Assembly (NCBI RefSeq): GCF_001194135.2
Contig: NC_068999.1
Location: 19,623,031-19,661,337 of the forward strand
Direction: 5' to 3'
Length of the DNA: 38,307 nucleotides
Origin: Octopus bimaculoides
Lineage: Eukaryota
In this document: positions 1 to 9,750 of the stretch, one piece after another
Position numbering within the stretch: position 1 is the first letter of the stretch
Layout: every line of letters begins with the position of its first letter
Notes under the pieces: model-generated
The model's input: only the letters and a program-made list of their open reading frames with translations
The model's database searches: none
What the model was told of the DNA's origin: nothing
Position numbers and translations under genes: made by a program

Positions 1-253
1 GGCTAAACCTAAACTGTCCTCCCCTCTTTTTACACGAGAACATTACTGATACACGATCCCTATTGATCCCCCTTTTTTTTTTTCTCTCGGTCCCTTTTGA
101 TCGAACTCCCCCCTTTTTTCCATCCTACGATCCCTTTTGATCGACGCCCACCACTACTTTTTTTTTCTCTTCCTTCCCCCTCCTAAAAAGAAAAGCTCTA
201 CATTGTATTCGTCCCATCTTTGTTGAGCCCTGTGTGGCTATTAAAATAGATGA

Positions 254-346
<93 letters not shown>
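254..346. repeat. Compound (ATT)n-(AGT)n microsatellite
   Basis: Read directly: an ATT run switches to an AGT run near 290. Confidence 0.95.
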
Positions 347-347
<1 letters not shown>

Positions 348-351
348 TAAT

Positions 352-533
352 GTGGCAAGCAGTGTCGTAAGACCATCGGCGAAAGGCGTATAAGATTTGT
401 TCCGGATTTCTATATCCTGAGTTTACATTCTTCCGGAGTGCACTTAGCCATTACTCACCTGAGTTCGATAAGATATAGGACCAGTCTAGCATCGGCGTCG
501 ATGATATTGACCAAAGCATTTTCTTCAAGTTGC
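352..533 (+). mobile_element. Highly degenerate copy of SINE family 1
   Basis: ctgagtttacattcttccggagtgcacttagcc...gttcgataagatataggaccagtctagcatcggcgtcgatg aligns by eye to the 1508/12404 copies (ctgggttcaaattcccccgaggtcgaccttgcc...ataaattaagtaccagttgcgtactggg). Confidence 0.55.
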
Positions 534-1043
534 TGGCCTTGTGTCTACGTCTTAAGGGCACAAACTTAATATGAATGTCATACATTTCAATTTAATAGTC
601 TTTTATTATGATCCTAATGCTAGCAATATTTCTGCTCATACTTTTACCGTTATGGTGATGTTTACGTTGGCTTCCATCAACTTGATGCCTATGTTGATGA
701 TGATAAGATTATTGTTGATCAAAGTGATGTTTATAATGACAGTGATATGAATGATAGCGATGTTGTTCTGGACGACAAAGCTGCTAAAATTTGTTTCAGC
801 GCAGCTGATCGCAAATATATCAAGTGTTTTATATAATAATCATTTGATGTGATACTTATTACTTTTGACACATACGGAAAGAGTGGTGCCGTTGGTTTGT
901 GGAATACATGGCAATGCTGATGTCTGCGAGTAAACATAAATGAGAGATGTCTAGATATATTTAAGGAAACGAAAGTCTGATGAGTAAATGGAGATTAATG
1001 TCATATATGAATGAGCAGACTATCTCGGTTGCGATATAATTGT

Positions 1044-1500
1044 TGTTGATGATGGTGATGATGACCCTGTAGCTCATGACGATTATGATGATGGTAATGA
1101 AGATGATGATGATGATGATGATGCTGATGATGGTTACGGTAATAAGGATGGTGATGATAAGGATGGTGTTGATGATGATGATGATGAGGAGGAGGAGGAG
1201 GAGGAGGAGGAGGAGGATGGTGATGATGAGGAGGAGGAGGAGGAGGGGGAGGAGGGGAGGATGTTGCTGCTGATGACAAAATGGTAAGGATGATTGTGAT
1301 GTAAATGGTGATCGCCATAATTTACAATGCCATCATCAATAACAACAGCATCATCGTCATTATCATCATCACCATCACCATCATCATCATCATCATCATC
1401 ATCATCGTCATCATCACCATCGTCATCATCATCATCATCATCATCATCATTACCATAATACTATTACCATAATTACTATTGTAATCATCATTACCATCAG
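1044..1500. repeat. Compound trinucleotide region: (GAT)n, (GAG)n, then (CAT)n
   Basis: Read directly. It explains the poly-His, poly-Met and poly-Pro ORFs in the track. Confidence 0.9.
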
Positions 1501-1507
1501 CCAAAAC

Positions 1508-1719
1508 GCAGCGAGCTGGCAGAAACGATAGCACGTCGGGCGAAATGCTTAGCGGGTATTTAGTCTGTCTTTAATTTCCGAGTTAAAATTCCCCCGAGGT
1601 CGACATTGCCTTCCATCCTTTTGGGGTTGATAAATTAAGTACCAGTTGCATACTGGAATCGATAATCGTCTGGTCTCCTCCCAAAAATTTCGGGCTTTGT
1701 GCATGAAGTAGAAAAGAAT
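1508..1719 (+). mobile_element. tRNA-derived-type SINE, family 1 (near full length)
   Basis: Roughly 80% identical by eye over about 210 bp to 12404-12617. Same 5' start (gcagcgagctggca) and 3' end (tagaaaagaat). Resembles an abundant Octopus SINE (recall). Confidence 0.85.
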
Positions 1720-4700
1720 TTTTTTCAGACAACAATTATTCAGAACTACTTTAAGGACTATTATTTTTTCGGTAATTGTAGTCAATGTGCTTTGAGACAA
1801 ATTTAACTTTCAAATTTCATTTCTACCAGAGGGAGGGAGCCATACACACGTATCATAAGGATTTCAGAAGATGAGATGAATCGTGATTATGATGCAGGTG
1901 TTTTGAAAATATTGAACGCTATACAACAGTTCGTGTTTGCGTATTATGTTCTAGGCTTTATTGGGGCGAACGGATACTTTCAAATATCTATTATTCTCGA
2001 ATATACGCAATTTCATTGAAAAGTTGTAGAATGTAAGCAGTTTTCAACATTGTGTCATTAGCGTGGAATACGTCATTCTACGATCGTGTCTTACAGAGAC
2101 AGAATTGCGGACGACAGATAAATAGAGAAAGCCAATACTCAATAACAAAAAGCGCAGCATAACTAAACTTGAAATGAATACAGAAGGAACCGGGACATTT
2201 ACTGAAAGACAATGTTGAGCTGAATGAAAAATGAGTAGATGCAATCGATGTATTATACATACGTGTATAAATGTAGAATAATCACTCTTATTAAAGTAAA
2301 GGCTGAGGAAATTGCTGGAAGATTTTGCTCACTGCCAAGTCCGCTGTTTTAGAGGAGAATTATATGGAAAGTTATATCAGTTGTATGTAACCTCCCTATT
2401 TAAGTCAGTTTACCAAGGGTCATGTCTTTTTATATGTTCATGAGTTATTGCATATTATGTTCGATGAATTAAAAGGGCTGTTGTACATTTTTGGTTATTT
2501 ATGTTCAAGCTAAGGCGAAGGCGTAGCATGTGTTGTTGCGATACTTGTAATAATGACCTTCTAAGTCATTGAAATAAGAGCGTAAATGCTAAATGTCGTA
2601 AAATATTATGAGCAATGATCCAAATCCTAAATATTAATAAGATTTCCATTATTACTTGCATGCAGGAAAATCACTCGATCGTGTTCAGATCACTAAAGCG
2701 CTTGTATAATTGTTCATAGAATACTAGTAAAGAGGAGGTAATGACCGACCAATCGAAAGCTCGTGAAACTGCACGTTGCTTTCTGAAGAAATAGGTACGT
2801 GTGTTCAGATTTTTAATATCAGTTATTTCAGATGTTTAATATCAGACAGTTCCAACTGTCCAGTATTTTCGTAGCTGAATTTGCCCAGATAATTGTTATG
2901 GAAGATCCAGCAATCGGCTTTGATTGAAAATCTATAGTCGCCACCAGGCAACTATTACAGTTCAACGAGAGCTTAAAGAATGACCTAGCATTAAGAAATA
3001 TATTTCAATAATAACTGACTTTATGTGATGGACGAGAAAGGAGTGTATCGTTTGAATGTTTCGTAGATGAAAGCAATCAATCCTGGGAAGCAAACGAGCA
3101 AAAGAGCAACTAGGACCCAAAGCATCTTCATACGTATCTTCTGGACTAGTGTAAACGAATCATTGCGCGTGAGCAGCAAAGTCAATGATGGAGACGAAAT
3201 TAAAACCTGCACGATGCCAAGAATTTTACTGCAGTGTTTGTTAAGCAAATAGAGTTGTAAGTCATTTAATTTTAGCTGATGATTTTGCCATCTTTATTCT
3301 TCATTCATAATGTGCTACAAATAGAAATTTTTGAAGTTGAAATATTTTTAAATTTGCAAATGTGAATATCATTTTAAATTGAAAGACCCTGGAAACAAGT
3401 TGTGAATAAATGAATCTAAGATATTTTAAAATATATTGTTACACTGTATAAAATTTTGTGTATACGACTCATATTCACATTTGAAGTTAGGATCATTGAA
3501 ATTTTTTAAATGTTCCTGAATAAAAGTTCGAACAGGGAATTTGAGCGTTATTTCGTGGTATAATTTGGGAGTTGATATTTTTGTCTGCGAAGTTGATGGC
3601 TTATCTTATTCCTACGTAAATGCTACTGCATATGTGAGTAGAATTTAATCCATAGATACTAGTTCATTACAATTTGACTATGTAATTGTTATTAGAATTT
3701 TTGATTTTTCTAGTTTTCAATGCAAGTAATGCATAAAAAATATTTAAAAAAAAAAGAAATATAATACAGTGCAAGTGGAAGCCTTAAGACCAGAATTCCC
3801 AAATAAGGACTCTTGACAATAAAAAAAAAATATGAGAAATGTATGCAGTATGAAATTATTTACAACATTGTGCATGTGTACGTGCGCATATGTATGTGTA
3901 TGTATTTATGTGTGAATGCGCATGTATGTATTTCTGTCCTTCTGTCCATGACTGTGTATCTGTGTCTATGGTATTTGCCTTGATTCATGTACATACACAT
4001 AGGCTCATATCCATTAGTCTGTCTATCTATCAGTAGCTAACGTATATGTGTAAGTGTGTGTATACATGTGTATATGAATTATATCATGTTATTGAAAATA
4101 TAGGAGACAAGGTAATCTACGACAATAACTCGCTATATTTTATTGTTGCCGTAGCACTTATTAGAATTCCATACACTTACATTTGGTTAAAAATGTCGAC
4201 GTTATATTCACATACACCGCTGCGGGAATAGTTACACGGCTTTATGCAGGCTAAGCAATATGTTAAGACTAAATATATATATATATATACAAGCATATAT
4301 AAACAAATACATACGTATATACATGCATACATACATTTATATGCATTTATTCAGTGATTTTATAAATTTTACACGTAAGATTCACAATTCTATCTACCAT
4401 AAGATTATAATCGATTGCCTTCTTTTTCTTCCATATTTCCAAATTGAAAAGACGCTAATAAAAGCAAGCAATATATATTTCCAAAAGAAAAAAAAAATTA
4501 AATCGGAAAAAAATTAATCCACATTTTCTATGAAAATAATGATCAAAATATTATATAGTGAGTGGGCAAAAGGCTTCATATTTCTCCATAGCAGATTCTT
4601 TTGTTGATTGCAACTTTATATAATTTTCTACCATGTCAATAAAGTTTATATGTTGTTTGACTAAAAAGGGTACTATTTTAAACATAACGACGCCAGAAGA

Positions 4701-4755
4701 CGTATAATGTAAGCAAAATTTTGATTATGCAATCGCGACTTCTCAAATGTATTTT

Positions 4756-4822
4756 GCAGACAAAACCCTTGTGATTTGATATGGTAGACAGTAACTACAA
4801 TAAGCCTGTCGTATGTATATAT
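4756..4822 (+). mobile_element. SINE family 2, internal fragment preceding the element's internal (TA)n tract
   Basis: gcagacaaaacccttgtgatttgatatggtagacagtaactacaataagcctgtcgtatgtata matches my recalled octopus SINE segment gccgaccaaagccttgtgagtggatttggtagacggaaactgaaagaagcccgtcgtatata. Runs into (TA)n and an N gap. Confidence 0.6.
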
Positions 4823-5329
4823 NNNNNNNNNNNNNNNNNNNNNNNNNNNNNNNNNNNNNNNNNNNNNNNNNNNNNNNNNNNNNNNNNNNNNNNNNNNNNN
4901 NNNNNNNNNNNNNNNNNNNNNNNNNNNNNNNNNNNNNNNNNNNNNNNNNNNNNNNNNNNNNNNNNNNNNNNNNNNNNNNNNNNNNNNNNNNNNNNNNNNN
5001 NNNNNNNNNNNNNNNNNNNNNNNNNNNNNNNNNNNNNNNNNNNNNNNNNNNNNNNNNNNNNNNNNNNNNNNNNNNNNNNNNNNNNNNNNNNNNNNNNNNN
5101 NNNNNNNNNNNNNNNNNNNNNNNNNNNNNNNNNNNNNNNNNNNNNNNNNNNNNNNNNNNNNNNNNNNNNNNNNNNNNNNNNNNNNNNNNNNNNNNNNNNN
5201 NNNNNNNNNNNNNNNNNNNNNNNNNNNNNNNNNNNNNNNNNNNNNNNNNNNNNNNNNNNNNNNNNNNNNNNNNNNNNNNNNNTATATATATATATATATA
5301 TATTCGTTTATTCTTATTTATTTATTCTT

Positions 5330-5498
5330 ATGCATTTATTCTTATTCTTTTATTTGTATCAATCACTTGACTGCAGTCATGCTGGAGCACCGTCTATGGT
5401 CGAAGAAATGACCCCAGGACTTATTCTTTGTACTTACCAAATTTTGCCGAACCGCTACGTTACGAGGACGTAGACACACTATCGTCGGTTGTCAAGCG
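5330..5498 (-). mobile_element. SINE family 2, 3' half
   Basis: ttgactgcagtcatgctggagcaccg...accccaggacttattctttg...ttttgccgaaccgctacgttacgaggacgtagacacac...cggttgtcaagcg is the reverse complement of the recalled 3' half of the same octopus SINE. Confidence 0.7.
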
Positions 5499-5647
5499 GG
5501 TGAGCCTTAACAGGTCCCCTTACATACTACATGGAACAGTCAAAAATCCAAACCACAGTTAAGTGCAATTTCGGAATTGCTCTTAACTGTGATTTGGACT
5601 TTTTGTTTGTTCCTTCTAGTAGGTAAGTCGACCTCTTAAGGCTCACC
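5499..5647. repeat. 149-bp imperfect palindrome (72/73-bp arms, TCGG loop)
   Basis: Paired base by base: 5499-5570 against 5575-5647 gives 62/72 Watson-Crick pairs and one bulge (C5599). Confidence 0.95.
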
Positions 5648-6168
5648 TCTTTTTTGTTTAAACGTACACTACTTTTATATGAAAAATACGTCTATTGAAA
5701 TTGTATACACTGATAGGCGACTGACAGAAAGAAGTTCTATAATTTTCCCTACCCTATATAAATTTTAAGAAATATATATATATATATATATATATANNNN
5801 NNNNNNNNNNNNNNNNNNNNNNNNNNNNNNNNNNNNNNNNNNNNNNNNNNNNNNNNNNNNNNNNNNNNNNNNNNNNNNNNNNNNNNNNNNNNNNNNNNNN
5901 NNNNNNNNNNNNNNNNNNNNNNNNNNNNNNNNNNNNNNNNNNNNNNNNNNNNNNNNNNNNNNNNNNNNNNNNNNNNNNNNNNNNNNNNNNNNNNNNNNNN
6001 NNNNNNNNNNNNNNNNNNNNNNNNNNNNNNNNNNNNNNNNNNNNNNNNNNNNNNNNNNNNNNNNNNNNNNNNNNNNNNNNNNNNNNNNNNNNNNNNNNNN
6101 NNNNNNNNNNNNNNNNNNNNNNNNNNNNNNNNNNNNNNNNNNNNNNNNNNNNNNNNNNNNNNNNNNNN

Positions 6169-6212
<44 letters not shown>

Positions 6213-6218
<6 letters not shown>

Positions 6219-7260
6219 CAAATGTAGATACGCTAGTGTATGAATACCACTTGCTAAAATCAGAGCCACGGCTGGGAAACCATCAGAAACACACAATAGA
6301 CATACACATGAGTGATGCAATGAACAAAGGAGAAGTAGACTTACCGTTGCGTTGAATACATCAGTAACTAATGTATATTTCAAAACCAATTGATTTCACC
6401 CTCTGTATGAGCAACATACTCTGGGATCTTCAGTTGAAAATAACATTTTAACATCTACTTCTAAAATATTCACATTATCTCGTGTACGTCCCTCACTTTA
6501 AATGTCCCACTCCGTTTCAAAGAAAACCATCGTAGATCAAAAGTAAATCTTAAATAAAGATATATTATTACCATTGTTAATTATATTAATAAGATAACAA
6601 TAATGAGGTCAGCAATTTCACACAATTACAGACACAATACAAACCAAATTTATATACATTATGGTGTACGTTACGTACTGATATATTCAATGCAAAGGTA
6701 AGCCTATTTGTCGTATCGTAATTGCATTGCCCGTGTGAATATTTATTGTGAGTTTGTTGGTAGTTTCGGAACTGTTGGCTCTGATTTTAGCTAGTGGTAT
6801 TTATACCCTACTGTATTTAAATTTGCTTTATATACTACCTCTACTGGTGTGAATTTGCTGGCCACCTTATTATTACCTTATTATTACCTTATTAAAATCA
6901 TTAATACCGGTAATATTACATCTTTATTTTTTAAATTATTCTTAAATAAACACCTTCCACGCTGCAATTGTTAAATACAATAGTTTTCATTTAAATGGGG
7001 TGGAACGTGACGTTTAAAGTAAGGAACGCTCACGAGCTAATGTAGTGAATATTTTTTTAAATAGATGTTAAAATGTTATTTTCAACTTAAGATCCCAGAG
7101 TATATTGGTCATACAGAATGTGAAATCAATTGGTATTGAAATATACATTACTTACTGATATATGCAATGCAACAGTAAGTCTATTTCTCCTTTGTTCATT
7201 GCATCACTCATGTGTATCTCTATTGTGTGTATCTGATGGTTTCCGAGCCGTGTCTCTGAT
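6213..7260. repeat. ~1.05-kb fold-back: inverted arms 6259-6623 / 6847-7260 plus a third, diverged partial copy (~6650-6835) in the spacer
   Basis: The reverse complement of 6259-6623 aligns along 6847-7260 (e.g. ctctgggatctt/aagatcccagag, gatgcaatgaacaaaggaga/tctcctttgttcattgcatc). ctgattttagctagtggtatttatacc at 6781 matches the reverse complement of 6213-6262. Confidence 0.92.
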
Positions 7261-7410
<150 letters not shown>

Positions 7411-7562
7411 ATTTTATTATATGTATTTATTTTCTCCTAGTAATAAATAACTCGGATAAAATAAATTGGTTAATAGATACCAGGGTAGCAAAGATCACAA
7501 ACTAACTGTGGTGTAACTCCTGTTTAAGAGGTAGAAACTCCTTGATATTTTGGGTATTTGAG

Positions 7563-7793
7563 TATATATAAATTTACAGAATGGAGTAAACCCATATTAT
7601 AACTGCATGTTTTTATTCAGACATATGTTTCGAAGAATTACAATTTATGCGATCCACAGGAATTGGCGATGTTTACAGTTTTAACATCGCCGATTTCTAT
7701 GGATCGCATAAATTGTAATTCTTCGAAACATATGTCGGAATAGAAGGGTGCAGTTATAATATGCGTTTACTCTATTCTTTAAATTTATATATA
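7563..7793. mobile_element. 231-bp near-perfect palindromic element, MITE-like, in TA context
   Basis: Ungapped pairing of 7563-7673 with 7683-7793 gives 100/111 Watson-Crick pairs, including a perfect 37-bp core (7620-7656/7700-7736). Both ends lie in TATA. The palindrome is certain; the MITE call is inference. Confidence 0.6.
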
Positions 7794-8069
7794 TATATAT
7801 ATACATAAATCTATACATATGATAGAACTGATGAGTAAATAGACAGCCGACAACTGATGAAGGGTCGTTTTTATGTTACTTCTCTTAGTTTCCATTTGTT
7901 TCTCCTGTTCGCATTCGCAAGTATGTACATATATGTATGTATATATGCATATATACAGAAATATTATATATATATATACATATATATATACACATATACA
8001 TATATATATACACCCACACACACACACACATACTATTATGATTGACCGTTGACTGAACACTATTCAATT

Positions 8070-8240
8070 TTTTTTCTCCGTGTTTTTCTCCTTGTCTCCG
8101 TATTCTTTCTGTTGAAGAGCGTAGCTCGAAACGTCAAAGACTTTCCGTATTCCCGAGCGTCATACTAATATATACTTTTGTTATTTACACCACCTGTCCT
8201 CGTCTGTTGTTATTTTTTGTATATTCTCCCATATATATAT
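8070..8240 (+). mobile_element. Probable Penelope-like element (PLE) terminal-repeat fragment
   Basis: Contains a minimal hammerhead-like motif of the kind known from PLE terminal repeats and runs into (TA)n. Resembles an abundant octopus repeat (recall). No RT or GIY-YIG coding sequence is visible. Confidence 0.4.
8104..8140 (+). ncRNA. Candidate minimal type-I hammerhead ribozyme (core variant CUGUUGA)
   Basis: UCUUU (stem I) - CUGUUGA - A - GAGC gua GCUC (stem II) - GAAA - CG - UC^ - AAAGA (stem I'). Stem III is the palindrome ACGU. A6 of the CUGANGA consensus is U in this copy. Confidence 0.4.
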
Positions 8241-9692
8241 ATACANNNNNNNNNNNNNNNNNNNNNNNNNNNNNNNNNNNNNNNNNNNNNNNNNNNNNNN
8301 NNNNNNNNNNNNNNNNNNNNNNNNNNNNNNNNNNNNNNNNNNNNNNNNNNNNNNNNNNNNNNNNNNNNNNNNNNNNNNNNNNNNNNNNNNNNNNNNNNNN
8401 NNNNNNNNNNNNNNNNNNNNNNNNNNNNNNNNNNNNNNNNNNNNNNNNNNNNNNNNNNNNNNNNNNNNNNNNNNNNNNNNNNNNNNNNNNNNNNNNNNNN
8501 NNNNNNNNNNNNNNNNNNNNNNNNNNNNNNNNNNNNNNNNNNNNNNNNNNNNNATATATATATACACATATACATATATATATACACATACGTACATACA
8601 TATACATACATGTATTTGCTTCAGTAATTTAATGTTGGCATATACACTTCTTTATATCTGTATTGTGTGCGTTCGTATCTGTGTACGCGTGCGCGCCCTG
8701 TTATTCGATGCTGTTACGTCTAAACTTGCAATCATAGGAATATTGTATGCGTAAATCAGTCGAAGAGCAGGAAACGTCCGACCATATACTCGTATATCAT
8801 TCCTAAATTATTTTACTACATCTCTGTCAATTTATTTTTATTTTGAAATAGATATATGTCAATCTTTTTCTCAAGTCGCATCAATCAGAAGTATATTTAC
8901 ATATTGTTTCGAATCATTTCGTCTTTCATCCGTTCTTTATAGTCATTCATCTGCTACTCGAAATCATCTTTACATCCGACATCATTATCTTGGCTTTGTT
9001 CTCTCTTGTTTTGCCCCATTATACCGTATCTCAGCTTGCAGTGCAAAAATAAATCTAGCGTGATATATAGCTAGACATATCAGAACCTATTATAAATGTG
9101 ATACTTTTATACCTAGAAACATTTCCATAAAATTTTGCTGGACGAATTTGTCAATAGAATATCAATAGGTTACCATTTATTGCCCAGACGCAGGACCTCT
9201 TCAGCAGTGAATATATAATTGTCAAGTAATGATTGGATTAAATAAGTAAAAATCTATCACCACTAATAGCTTTCTTCAAGTAAAGAAAACAAATAAAAAT
9301 TAGAAGAAAAAAACTTAAAAGTACAGAAGATATATATTATAGCAAGGGACGTTGATATGAAATATGACTTTCTCGAATATTGCCAACATATTCGTACGTT
9401 GCAATACTTTTCTTGGAACAAATCCAATCTAACGATACTTCGTTCATTGCAAGAAGACTGATGTGAAAATATGGAAATCGTTGTTTAAGAGAACATATAT
9501 ACAATCATGATTTTATCAAATGCATCAGCTCAGGATTTTGGCAAATATGATACAAACACATTCTATGTAATATATTGATGATGCACCTTCCATTCAGTGA
9601 AACAACCTGGCCCTGGATATGTAAATACGCACATAAGTTTGTGTGTATGTGAGTGTGTGTATTATTGTATGTATCTATGTACGCATGTATGT

Positions 9693-9750
9693 ATGCATGC
9701 ATATATGCATGCATATATGCATGCATATATGCATGCATATATGCATGCAT
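9693..9750. repeat. (ATGCATGCATAT)n array forming a perfect 58-bp palindrome
   Basis: The sequence equals its own reverse complement and is strictly purine/pyrimidine alternating. Confidence 0.9.

Noticed and set aside
1-253. Possible LINE 3' UTR ending in the (ATT)n tail (…gagccctgtgtggctattaaaatagatgaattatt), with a short repeated tcccttttgatcga
   Set aside because: The resemblance rests on vague recall only. No coding motif or second copy in the window supports it.
961-990. cgaaagtctgatgag as a permuted hammerhead
   Set aside because: No room for stems I and III between GAAA and CUGAUGA.
7826-7880. CTGATGAG and CTGATGAAGGG motifs as additional hammerhead cores
   Set aside because: No downstream stem II-GAAA-UH arrangement. 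At most a truncated repeat fragment.
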